From Trichosphaerium sp. ATCC 40318 (taxonomy: Eukaryota > Protista > Tubulinea): DNA of 64,000 bases. The translations under genes and the position numbers were made by a program. The notes beneath the pieces were generated by a model that worked only from the letters and a program-made list of their open reading frames with translations, was not told the DNA's origin and ran no database searches. Positions 51,899 to 64,000 of this stretch are shown here, one piece after another (positions within the stretch are counted from its first letter, which is position 1; each line of letters begins with the position of its first letter). The stretch is taken from the NCBI GenBank assembly GCA_038496445.1, contig JALMLS010000211.1, positions 1-64,000 of the forward strand, written 5' to 3'.

Positions 51899-53577
51899 TT
51901 ATTCTTGTACAATGTTTAGGTACTTCATACACTTTTTGATTATTTCATCACCTCTATTTAATACATTAGATTTCCAAGCCTCATCTTTAGACATATAGAA
52001 AGCTTGTTCTACTTGAACTTTCGACCAATGATCTACGTCAACTTTTTTATGAACATGATAATAATTTTCTTCTCTTAGCGCTTTAACTACTTGTACACCA
52101 CTATAAGTACCAAACTCTTGAGTAAATGCATTGACTTTAACATCATCCCCTGGGTATGCCATAGCACCAAGTCCATCAATAACATCTCCCTAATTGTAAC
52201 GTAAACAAGGAGAACAAAAACCGGAAAAAAGCAAGAAAAAAAGAAAGAAAAAAAGATCGATAATTTACCGGTGTTTCATATCCTCCACTAGATGCAAAGT
52301 CTACAAGCTCTTCTCCCATTAGTTTGGTAAATTCTGGAGTAAATCGACTCCTATCTCCATTACGTATGAGAATATCTTCCATGTATTTTCCTGTAAAGCC
52401 ATGTTAGACAATAAATTAAAAAAATTGGTCTTTCTGTACCATAACCAGTGTGTACATCTATATGGACAATGTGCTTTGCTGTTGATGTTATATTTTTCTT
52501 GAGCCATTCAATCAATAGTTTATGACTTGGTTGAAGTGTAACACCTCCATAGAAAGCGCCGTTTGGATATTCACGTTGACCTGAAAAAAGATTACAAATC
52601 GACAATCAAAATACCGTTACCTCTTGGAATAGCCTTTGCAATGGTACTGTAGCCGTGCACTGCAACATTATAAGCGAGTGCCAGGTAATAACTGGCTGTC
52701 CAAAAAGTCATCTCAACAGGAGGATTGATAGTATCGTGTATGGCTGTATACATTTCGTTTGTCACTGTTTTTTCTTTCTTAAATTCTTCTTCAGTTAAAC
52801 AATTACGATTCAAATCAACTCCATTTTCATTCCATCTAAAGTCATTTAATCACGTGGGATTTTTTCAATAAATAGAAAGACATAAACTAATGCTTTAGGC
52901 CAATTTTCAGATAGGTTAGGCCCAAACAATTGCACTTGAAGGAAACAAATACAATCGCTTTTGGAGATCTGATTTTTTTGACACATAGTAAACAAAGCAG
53001 TACCTTCTCCTCCATGACATGCCATAAGGATTGACAATATGAACCAATAGAATTGACGTTGTTGAATCAAGGTTTAAAGCTCTCGAGCTGATTTCATCAA
53101 GAAATTGGCACTTTAAAGAGTAAGCGATGTACAAAACAAAGCAACAAAAAAAACCACCAAAACGGTTTTCTGGAATGGATATTAAAATCTACTCCAAACG
53201 TACTTGTATGGCACTTCCTGCAAAGCCTAAAGGTTCTTTAGTACACACCACACTTTAGGAAAACGTATCCACCATATTTTAAGCGTATACAAGCTCAAAG
53301 GGCGGTTTTTAATCAAAAACGGGAATTGTTTCGTTAAATACGTACCTTCAGGTCCGTGGACGCCAGAACTATGAATAAACACCGTTTCTGGTTCTTTTGC
53401 ACCTATTTGACATAGATCAATTTCTAATGGCTCTCCTTTGCTCCCAGTTATCCCCAAATCTATTGTATCAAGCCTTGCGATATCTCCCAAAGCTTTAACA
53501 GCTGCTCTAAATTTAAGCTTTGCTTCTTTGTACGTGGCTGAGAAGTACTTCGCATTTTTACCATTATTCTGTGCCAT
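51899..53577 (-). CDS. DUF2817 / M14-like zinc metallocarboxypeptidase, multi-exon
   Basis: YFSATYKEAKLKF, SSGVHGPEGFAGSAIQ (HxxE), VHIVNPYGMSWRRRWNENGVDLNRN, FYGG, IDVHTGYG and TQEFGT. The zinc ligands and catalytic Glu appear intact. Confidence 0.9.
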
Positions 53578-53789
53578 TTTGTAGCTTTGTTTAACGTTAA
53601 CGAACGTAATAATGTTTAGGGAATTCAGCTGACTTTATTAGAAACAAGCAACGAACTTCGAAGAAAAACAATCCGGCCCATCGAGTCGTCATCAAAAAAG
53701 TCAACTGTTGTAAACCCAAAAATTGTGGATTTCACAATAAAGAATACGTAACTCCCCAATGTCGCAACAACAACGCGTCTATTCCAAGT

Positions 53790-55098
53790 ATTATGGCAAA
53801 CGCCCAAAGGAGCACGTATTGAAACGGTCAAACAGAGAATCCATACAGTATGTACTTCATAACATCTGCGATACTGGCAACTAATATTTCTTTGGGCTCC
53901 GATTTTGACAGCAGCATTGAAGCCTTACGGATTTACCTATGTTGACTATCCCGAGTTAGACGTTTGGACTAAACTTACAAACCAACATAACATTATTGGT
54001 ATTGGAAAAGCCAAGACACCAATGGCATTTTTCACCTTCAAGTGGGACAATAAGATTTTTGAAAACTTGTTATTCACAAGCACATATGAACAACATCACA
54101 CTGACCTATAAAATGGGATCACTACCCATATGGCGAACTTCTCTGGCATAGTGATATGGCATGGGATTATTGGAATACGGAATATTCGCACATTGTGGAG
54201 CACAGGTGAAGCACAAATTTTATTTACTGGGAAAACAGGTTTGTTGCCACTTAATCACTACTTCAACATCTCTGTCAACATGAAATTTGATGCTAACATG
54301 GTACATTCATTTCTAGTGATTGTCTTTTAGCACCACATGGTACCAGGTTATTTCACTTGTGTTGATGAAATCTGTATTCCGTCATAATATTTAAATTGCC
54401 ATACATATATATATAAAAACTCACAACATTAAGAAACCATACGCATGGGCCATAGAGTTGAAGTGTCTCGATGATTCGAACCAGGCATCTGATTGACTAT
54501 ATCAACGCTTTGATATAGCCTCATCTCACACCAAATGAATCCTTCCTTCATGTGCAAAATGGTCGAAAACAATTGGAAGGTGCCATTTTTTTACATGTGA
54601 CTCTAATTTTGTTCAGCCATGGATCTCAACAAGCCAGGGGAATTTGGCTTAGACGCTTCCGTATCATGTAATACCAACCACTGGCAGTGGCCTTAAAGCA
54701 ATAAATTGCAAAAAAAGTGCCTGTGGGATGCACAAGATTGGCACCATTGGACATAACTGTTGCCGTTGCAACAAATAATAATGAAATCGTAAAGTTGGCC
54801 ACCACTCTCTACTGTGTGCATGATGACAAAAGTTCATTTGACAGTAGCAAGAAAAGGTATATTTAAAACTAAAAATGATGACACCAAGGGAAATAGTGAT
54901 CAATTTGGCCAGCTGGTCAAGTCCTATTGTACAGATAGGCGGTTCAAAAAATGGCACATGACACTTCTTGTTGGTTGGTTTTACTACACCCTCACAAATG
55001 CTTTTATTCTGTATAAGTGTCAAGACGGAGCCCTTACTCCCAAAGGTTTTTTACAAGAAATTGCAACGGAATTGCTTCTCACAGGGACAGGAAAATAA
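53790..55098 (+). mobile_element. Decayed piggyBac-family transposase (stops and frameshifts)
   Basis: Ordered piggyBac motifs: KTPMAFF..WDNKIFENLL, FSGIVIWHGI..IRNIRTLWST, LPLNHYFNISVNMKF, F*HHMVPGYFTCVDE (first catalytic Asp), KKPYAWAIELKCL, GNSDQFGQLVKSY...RRFKKW...LTNAFILY...FLQEIATELL. No TTAA-flanked TIRs recognised; boundaries are approximate. Confidence 0.85.
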
Positions 55099-55277
55099 CC
55101 TTCTAATAAATTTATGGCAGTTTTTTTTTTTTGTGATTTTTCATGACGACTCCTTTGGCCGGATACCTAAGAATTGCGAAACCGCCAAGTATTATAACCA
55201 AGTACAAGATGTTTTAATCACCGTTGCTAGCGTGTATCCGATTTGTGAGTGACAGTGCCAGATGTGACACCCTTCAT

Positions 55278-55512
55278 GATAATGGTAAACATAATGGTGA
55301 AAGCAAAGGATGGTATGAACATGGGAAAAATAGAATGGCCAGTGGTTTTGAGTTGATATAAACACCACGGTGAATGCAAAGGATGGTTTAAGAATGGCAA
55401 CTAGAATACCTGGGCACGTGGATCAATGATGCATGGTGAAGACAAAGACTGGTATGAAAGTGGACAACTAGAAGGACAATCCATGTGGTTTAATGGTAAA
55501 CAGCAAGAAGAT
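55278..55512 (+). pseudogene. Relic of a MORN-variant repeat gene
   Basis: Frameshifted fragments NGKHNGESKGWYEHG, HHGECKGWFKNG, MHGEDKDWYESGQLEGQSMWFNGKQQE. Confidence 0.75.
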
Positions 55513-55570
55513 ATAATTATGTATTTACAAATTGTTATTAATGATGGTTATTTTAAGTAAGTTTTTTTTT

Positions 55571-58500
55571 TTAACGATTCACAAGACTAGACTTTATCTC
55601 TGTAATCGCATCTTTAATTGAATTGAATAACCTACAAAAAAAAACAAGTCAACATTAGAACTAGTGGTGAATTGTTAGGTTATGACGTACGGCATATGTA
55701 CTTGATACTTTGGACGTATTCTGGTCAAAGCAGAGCTAAAAGCCAAAGAGAGCTCTTCCTAATAAGGAGAAAAATAAGGTACAAGCCAAGAGAATCTGAA
55801 AGTCTTTTCTTTTTGAACAACCAAAAAAAAAAGCAAGATGGATTACTTACGTCTGTATAGCCTCTCTCTGCACATGTTTGAATATTTAATAAAAATGCTA
55901 CAACTTGATAGATACACTCTACAACATCACTACTAAGGCTAGGGAGAAACAAAGGAGTAAGTATCAACAAACCAAAATGAAGCCACTTTTTTGAAAAAAA
56001 GTTACCTTGCACCAACACCTCCTGTTCTCCTTGCTTGCTCTTCCTATTTTGCGATGAGTTTATTATTTAAATTTGCAGTAAACTTTAATACCTGCATAGA
56101 CTTGATAGATCTATCAACAATATACTGTGCTGTTTTTTTACAAGTATCTGAAATCTCGCTGTACCTGTTTTTTATTGTAAGAAAAAACTAGGAAAAAAAA
56201 TACAGCATCAACTCCTGATTTGTTAGATATTTTGAAAGAACTACTGGTGATGATACCAAGACTTGATATACAACAAGCTATAAAAACCATGAAAAAAAAT
56301 AAAAGCGTCTCAGGGAAGGCGAATAGCGATGTCCGAATGCCGAAATCATGAAAGAAAAAAAATATATATCTTTGTACCAATTGTGCCATTCGCTTGGCAT
56401 TGTTGGTATTGCTGAAGTAGGTACATCGTCCTTGAATAATTCAGGCCAAGACTATTTATCATTTATAAGGACAACCGTAAATCAAGAAAAACTCATGAAA
56501 CAAGAACATACTTTTCTAATCTCTTGCTGACGTTCACGGAATTTATGAAGTGCTGGCTCTAAAGCCTTGTTTGTCTCTTCAAGCTTTACTAAGATCCAAG
56601 CATACTCCCTTTTAAAATCTTCTGTAAACTGTTGATCAATAGCACACTAGTAAACAAAGTTAGATTGAAGACAACAAACACCTGAAAACCAACTAAAAAA
56701 GAAGTTCCATTTTAAGTCTTTCAAAGTTACATTTCCTTCTTCCACACTTTGCGGCAATACCACTAGTTTTGTTCTAGTGGTATTGCATGATATGGAGGAT
56801 GAATAAACTCTGTGTTTTTTGGCGTACGTTTTGTTCAGCGACATTATTGTAATACCGAAGTTCTTTAATTAAAACTTCTTTCTTTTCTAATAAGTTAAAC
56901 AATTCAGCAACGTTAGACAAGTCAGTATTCGAGTATATCTGATGCACTAAAGTTTCTTAGCATTTAATATACATTAATTTATGATGTAGGTTACCTTGCT
57001 TCTGATTACCGGGAAGAGCAACAACAGAGTAAGTCGCTTTCGGAACAAGTTAGTGAAGTTAGTTTTTGGATGTACACTTTTAAGTTCAAAAAGCTTTAAC
57101 GCTTTCGACGTACCTAGGTCCTCCTTTACTGGTGTTAGTGTAGCGTGTTGACTTAATGAACGTGTTCTGTCACGCTTTACATCAGCTGTAGGCTATTAAT
57201 AATAGTTAGAAGACTGATTAAATACTATTATTCGCTTACCATGACATGAAAATCAGAAACGTTATGCCGTCCTCCAGCAAACTGTACTTCGTATGTATGT
57301 GATTGTTGTTGTGTTATTCTACCCTGTTCTATATTTCCTTGCATAGAAGAAGGATTCTTCGCTATCAAAAAAAGAGTGTTAGCACATCACGTGCAACAAG
57401 TCGACGACAAAAAAAGTAGAAAAAAATCAAACAAAGAAAAAAAAAGTACCAAATACTGTACATCCAACTGGAAGTAGAGGAACACTCGGAAGGTTCTATC
57501 AATACGTAAGAAGACACAAATAAACTCAAGGGATATAAGCAATGTATTACAGACATACCATAATATGCATATACTCAGGAGGCATCTCTCTAGGTTCCTA
57601 CAACAAAAGTTAAAAAAACATCGTTTAAAAAAAAAGTGAAATCCTGACGACTTACCAACTTAGCGCGCTTTCTTCTTGCATTTTCACGATGTAACTCAAG
57701 CATAGTCCTTTCAGTTTGTAAAAACTTTTTAGACATACGTCTAGGACATCCAAATAAACTACGAATATATCTCCACTGCATCTTTGTCATATACTTAACA
57801 TTACCAAGATGAAGTGATTCAAGGCAACCATGAAATTCATTTTGTCGAAAAAAGTCATCATCTATATCAGAATAAAACCACTCATACTCACACCACTTGC
57901 GTATTTTCGCCTTTTTTGCAAACAGAAAAAGTTAATACAACAAGTGATAGTGGTATCCGTGCGCACCTGTTTAAGAACATTTGTTAATCTTGTTTCATTT
58001 GCTACGACATGTCTTGGTTTGGCACGACCCTAAATCTCTTATAAGACGTTATCCTCATAAATTAAGGTTACCCTCTTTCTTTTAGGTCTTGTTACAACAG
58101 GTGGCGATGTATACCCATTCTTAGGATGTGTCCGCTTTGGTACTGGACTGAAAAAAAAACAAACAAATTAGACAACGTCTGAGTCCGAAACACAAGTTGT
58201 TACGGTTAAAAGAATACGTACCTTCCAAGCATTGTAAGTATATCTACTGCTTCATCTTCTACCGAACCATCTGGAGAAGCGCTGATAGTTATTATGTCAG
58301 AAACATTTTAAATAAGATAGACTTTTTTTTACTTTTTAAGAGGTACTCTTGAAGGTGGAGGTGTCCAGTTTGCTGAAGGATGAGAACTCACAGGAACTGA
58401 CGACTGTTCATTGCCAAATAACCTTCTTCTAGATCTACGTTGAGGTGTTGGCTTAATAAACACGTCAATCATTAAAATATCACGTGACTTTTAAACTTAC

Positions 58501-59199
58501 TTTTCTTGAATTTTCTTTTGAACTACTCCTTGTCAATCTCGCTCTTTTAGCAGGTGGTGGTTCATTATCTTGCACTTTATAGTTCAGGAGAGTTAGATAC
58601 ACGGAATTTCTCAAAGAAAAAAATAATGACACCTCTCCGTAAAGCGGTTTAAAGTTTTTCTTCAAAAAAAATAAAAGGACGTTTTTGTTGTGGTTATACG
58701 CTTACTGAATAGATGTGGCATACTCCGTTGTTTATCTGCCATTGTTGCGAATAAGAAATCAGCATTTATAGAAGGGATAGCCAACAAAGTGGCGTTCATT
58801 CTGTTAAAGTATTGTCAGATTAGTTTAAAATACCTCTACATACTTGTAAAGCTCTCCTACCATCGCTGGAGAGCGTCCTATATCATTTTAAGTAAGATGA
58901 ACTGAATGGGGTTTGTGGAAAACTAAAGTGTGTAGTAAAAGTAGGACACGTTTTTCTGGCACTAGTAAAGCGCGATTCAAACAATGTATCAGGATTTTAG
59001 GAGCAGTACGAAACATTTGAAAAGGTTGTTCCTCACCTGGTAAATCTGCTACTATACGTTGCCAAGCCTGTCCAAAACGTCGTAAATCTAACGCTGTTTT
59101 AAATAGGGTATCACTAAGAGAGTTCGTACTGACGAGGAAGGTTTCGAGCTCTACCTTACTCCATGGAGGCCCAAGCACGCCTTCGTCCGTATCGCTCAT
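55571..59199 (-). CDS. LIN9: LIN-9 / ALWAYS EARLY homolog (MuvB/DREAM subunit): N-terminal SANT/Myb-like plus DIRP domain
   Basis: LGPPWSKVELETF..RRFGQAWQRIVADLPGRSPAMVGELY (ALY-type Myb-like). DIRP: WCEYEWFYSDIDDDFFRQNEF..CL...MTKMQWRYIRSLFGCPRRMSKKFLQTER. C-terminal LLNIQTCAER...ALTRIRP. Confidence 0.92.
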
Positions 59200-59732
59200 T
59201 CTGTCGATGTTGTCTTTTTATCAGCCGTTCCTGTGATACATTAATTGCGGATTGTTTAGTAAGGGCTCGGGCTATACTGTAATAAACTATGTTACCGTTT
59301 TGGCAGGTTTGAAGTAAACGCAGCAGGGAACGGATTAAAATAATGCAAAAGCACAAAATCAGAAATAACACATGCACTGCAATGACATCCAGTACAATCA
59401 GATAGAAATATCACTATTTCCTATTTCTTACCGTTTGAATATCAAAAGACACTACAAGGCTTCTAAGGATGCTATAAGTTTGAACGACTGCAACGGTTTG
59501 ACTGTTTGACGGTTAGTTGACTATCAGTGACATACGCGAGAATCCTTAGTCTACAAGTAGTTCTATTTATCCAATGTGCTTGTGTTACGCGAATCCTTAT
59601 CCAACAACGAAGAAAGGGGGTATAGCAATATCTTTTTTATTTGTTACAATTGCAACCATTCCTCTGGGAGGAGAGCACAACAATATGTACCCCTTTGTAC
59701 GATTTTTTCTATGATTACATTCGATATCAACA

Positions 59733-60463
59733 TTACATGTCAACACCGTGTTTTGCGCGTAAAGCCCCAACGGCTGAGCTAAAGTCGTGGAATTCAGCTA
59801 GTATCTCATCTGGTTGTACCTACATAATATTAGCAAGCGTGTCAGAGGAAAAGTATAACAGACAAGGAATTTGGAAGGCTAAATGCAACTCTGAGATACT
59901 TCAAACGCTTAGGACGTACACTAGATGGCTTTTCATCCGCAATGAGTGCAAACACTTTTCTTAGAGCGCTTACGCGCTTACTGTGTTTACCATTAAATTC
60001 CTTCACAGTCTCTTTTAAGAAAGAGGCTATTTTCTTCCGTGTTGATGTCTAATAAACAATGTTGTAAATCAAAATGACGGAAGTTTTTTAAGTACATTGT
60101 CCGTGTGTTTATGGAATACAGCAAAGCTGACACGCCCATAGCTTGTACTCACAAGCCTTATCTTTCTATTCCACACCTTTTTACGACGTGGATTACGCGA
60201 TGGTCGTCTCTGTTTAATTTTTTTTAATTAGCTAATTGTAAATGATAAAATGGGTGTATGTTTTAATGTGTTTTCGCTGTAGTAGTACCTTAGAGCCAGG
60301 AAAACCACTCGTCATCTAAACGGATTAGATCAATTCACTGTAAAAACGCGTACTTTTGGCGTTACGCAGCTAACGTTCACTGCAGGCTCAAATACAACTT
60401 CATGTACACCTAAATATTGTGTTAACAGGTTAGATTGGCTGATACTGTACCTTTGGCGCCCAT
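59733..60463 (-). CDS. Small multi-exon hypothetical protein
   Basis: A run of short GT-AG-bounded open segments (MGAK/GVHEVVFEP.., RRPSRNPRRKKVWNRKIRL.., TSTRKKIASFLKETVKEFN, VQPDEILAEFHDF..KHGVDM*). No family recognised. Confidence 0.45.
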
Positions 60464-60778
60464 ATCACCAGCTATTTGGGAGAATGACCGAATTAATTTA
60501 GTTATATCATTGGAAGAGGTTGTAGCGCTCTTTTCCCAATGGTAGATCTTGTCAAAGAGACATACAGCTGTGTCAGTGTGATAGCCCACCACCCGAAGGA
60601 GGAGAGGTTGTCCTTTATTCCTCCGTATGGCCACCGTTGCACACCTCGTTTGCAAGTAGTAAGGTGCTGTAGTTTTCGTGTTTACTACCGCACATGGCTT
60701 TTTTGAAAACAGACGACTTTGAATTTTTCCGTAGCATTTTTTAGCGTCAATTGAACTCCCTTCGTGCCCACACCAACC

Positions 60779-61524
60779 ATGAAACTATTCCAAAGATTCA
60801 CAGCCATCAACACAGCCAGAACTGCTGCCGTACACCGCCCTTCTGTGCAAACACGCACATTCAAGACCAGCGCTGTCCTCAATGAACAAGGTACCTACGG
60901 GCTTTACGCTTATTTTCTTCAAATCGTCTGAGTTCATACAAACGTATTCTAATACCATGTAGGAACCATCAAATGGTTCAATGTACGCAAAGGTTACGGT
61001 TTCGTCAAAAGAGACGACCAACAAGATACTTTCGTTCACTTTCAAGGTTAGTAGGAAGCTCCTCACAGCGATTTAATTGTCTAATTATATTAGACGCACA
61101 AGAAGGACGTGACGCACCATGTTTGGTAGAAGGTGATATTATTGAATTTGACATCAGGGAGTTGAAGAAGGGCCCATCTGCAGCCAACTGGAGAATTATC
61201 ACTCGTTAGTGCTTTTATAATTTTTTTTGATTTTTTTTATGTTTGTTTTGAACAAAAAGGCATTCACTCCAACCTACGACGCCACAAATCACTGGAACTT
61301 TGTTGAAATGACCTTTTGATTTTTTTTTTTTTTGCCACTCACTTCAGTTAATCTCGTATTTACGTACAATTGTAGCAAACCCTCTCATCCCTCGACCAAA
61401 CAGAGAACCAAGAACAGAACGCGAACCACGTGGTTACAATGACCGTCGTAACAACCGCGACCATGACGATATGGGCGAAAACATGGACGACATGGGTGAC
61501 AACATGGGTGATGAGAGAATGTAA
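60779..61524 (+). CDS. Cold-shock-domain RNA-binding protein with a probable mitochondrial presequence
   Basis: [15 protein letters not shown] (RNP1), DTFVHF (RNP2) and KKGPSAAN. The N-terminus [28 protein letters not shown] is R/T-rich and lacks acidic residues; the tail is R/N/D/M-rich. Confidence 0.9.
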
Positions 61525-61839
61525 TTAATTATTGCTGTTGTTGTATACTCAAAAAATCAATCAAAGGCTTTGCTATTTTTTAAAACACTGCGTAACGTAC
61601 ATTGTTTGAAAGATTTTATTTATTTTTAATGCCACTGAACCAAATGAAAGCGATTTTGGTTTTTTTTTTTGTACACGATGTTTGACACTTTTGGAAATAA
61701 TGTCGTTGCATGATATAATTATTACACGAAGACGTAGAGCAAGAACCACCCTTTTGTTTTTACATACTGGCTTAACTGCGGTTAAGTTTACTTCCTACGT
61801 GGTCACGAAAACAATAGCAGAGAATTAGACGTGGCTGAC

Positions 61840-63653
61840 ATGACGACTTCTGTGGTACGTTTAGGACGCTAAATAGAGATAGTTGTAGCGGTTCAACTCT
61901 GTGGAAAAGTTATTTGTTTAAAGTAATGCTTGAAACGCTATATTAAATCCTACATAGACCACCACGCAAGAGTTAGCGAATATTGATACTGAACATGGCG
62001 ATATGATCGTACGAAGTGTAATTTAGCGTATCTAGCTAACGTAACACATAGCATGACGCTCAACTCAACTACTATGGTCGATTACTAGCAACCGCTTCCT
62101 CTGATACCACAATCAAGATTTTTGAAGTGCCAGCTGATCAAAAGCCAAAATTCATCACAGATTTGCGCGGGTGCGTTTACTAATTTACAAAACGCAATAG
62201 AATAGCGAAACAACGACTCTATCTTCACATGATTGCACTGCAACGCTCTAATTCCGCCTACGCATCACAAAAAAACATTTTCATTTTCAAATCTGTAACT
62301 CGTCCAGTTTTACGTCTGATACTAACGTATCCTTCTAGACACAGCGGTGCCGTATGGCAGATTGCTTGGGCGCATCCGAAATTCGGTACTATCTTGGCAT
62401 CATGCTCTTATGATCGTAAAGTATTGGTATGGAAGGAGGGTGCTCCTGGTACGGAACTAAGAAAGACATTTGGTTTTTTGACAAAAAACTTTTGAATTAA
62501 ATTTTTATTTTGTTTTTGAGTTTTTCTCGTTGTATCTTTCGTAAAGTCACTTAGAATACAAATATTTTAATACTTTAGTGTTCTATATGATTTATAATAT
62601 GTATTTAGGAGAGTGGATCCGTATTTACGAGTACACTGACCATAAATTGAGCGTCAACTCTATAAGTTGGGGTCCACATGAATTTGGAAGACTTTGCTTA
62701 ATTTGTGGGTCTTCTGATGGATTTATTTCAGTCCATACACATCAAGTACATACTACACATAATTTTTAGTTAACTGAGAGTAATTGTAAGTTGTCTAATT
62801 TTATAAAAAGGAGGGAAGTACTTGGGATGTAAAAACATTTGAAGGACATAAATTAGGCGTCAACTCAGTCTCATGGGCTTCTCCTCACACTCCAACATCA
62901 TTACTTGACGCTTCAGGTTCTCAACCAGCACATGTCAAAAGATTTGTTACTGGTGGATGTGATAACGTTGTGAGGTTGTGGCAGTATGTTGAAGGAGAGG
63001 AGCAACCTTGGAAACCTCAGGTTCGATACGAAAAAAACCCAAGAAAACTAATTTGTTTTTTAGGCAGAACTAACTGGTCATGCTGATTGGGTAAGAGATG
63101 TAGCTTGGGCGCCTAACATAGGTCTACCAACAGACACTATCGCATCATGCTCTCAGGTACTATTTGAGCTGTTAATAACGCAGTTTTACTGCTTTCATTT
63201 CAGTTAATTAACCAGTTTTTTAAATAGGATGGTACAGTGTTTATTTGGACTTGTGACGCCAATTCTACTGAATGGAACAGAAAAGAACTCCCTAGAAAGC
63301 ACAAGGTATGTTTTTTTTATTTATTGAATTGCAGTTATTTTTTTGTGGCTTGAAGTTCGTGTGAAGATGTTGTTTGTTTGCTTATTTTTTGTGGTAATAG
63401 GATGTTGTTTGGCGTGTAAGTTGGTCTGTTACTGGTAATATTTTGGCAGTTTCTGGAGGAGATAATAAAGTATCGTTGTGGAAGGAATCCTTGGATGTAC
63501 GTGGTCTTGCTTGGAAGTTTTTGAAATTTTTTTCTGCGGAAAGGTTTCCTTCTATTTTGATCAATTTTTGTCTTTTTTGTTTATGATATTAATTATCTAT
63601 AGCATGAATGGAAAGCTATTAGTGTCCTAGACCAAGAGAGCCAAGGATTGTAA
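61840..63653 (+). CDS. SEC13: SEC13 (COPII / nuclear pore WD40 protein)
   Basis: [118 protein letters not shown]. Confidence 0.97.
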
Positions 63654-64000
63654 AAAATGATCAAAACACAACTGTGAAAATTTTGAAAAAAAAAACCCAA
63701 AAAAACGGAATAAAAGAAAAACTTATTGATATGCATAGTTGTTATCTACGTATTTCTTTTTTTCCGTGGCAGAATTCTTCATGGATTGTGTACAGATATA
63801 AATCACGCTCTTCCTGACAAACTGAAGAGTCCAAAAATCTGACTTCAGCTCAAGTTTTTGGCTAAAAATGGAAGTATTAGACGTTACTTGCCGTTTGGAT
63901 TTTGTGCACAATCATATTGAACAATTAATTGGAAGTTGCTCTATGCCTTTGATTTATACCCTGTAGCACACAATGGAGCGTGGAGTACTTCATCGCAATC

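Noticed and set aside
54470-54520. GATTCGAACC resembling a reverse-complement tRNA T-loop (B box)
   Set aside because: No cloverleaf; it lies within the piggyBac relic.
63723-64000. Possible 3' end of a minus-strand gene at the window edge
   Set aside because: Frame and product could not be determined from the available sequence.

Overview
AT-rich (roughly one-third GC), gene-dense eukaryotic DNA with many short spliceosomal introns (donors mostly GTACG/GTAAG/GTGCG). It is probably a protist, possibly an amoebozoan, but the sequence alone cannot establish this. Multi-exon housekeeping or regulatory genes: Furry/Tao3, GPR107/108, a bZIP factor, a C2-domain protein, an FKBP, PP2A B'', LIN-9/ALY, a cold-shock-domain protein and SEC13. 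Between them are accessory patches containing (i) near-intronless F-box + solenoid-repeat genes (two short-LRR, one MORN-variant, plus a decayed MORN relic) with a constant scaffold and variable surface positions, (ii) two inverted, intron-retaining partial copies of genes that lie 10-20 kb away (furry; a DUF2817 peptidase), (iii) a 5'-truncated G-alpha gene, (iv) a decayed piggyBac transposase and a MITE-like element, and (v) tandem surface-protein paralogs. The palindrome CACGTG is roughly 8-fold over-represented by a hand count, and GC-AG introns with GCACGT donors occur. No tRNA, rRNA or CRISPR array was recognised. All exon structures were assembled by eye, and all family calls come from motif recognition, not database searches.
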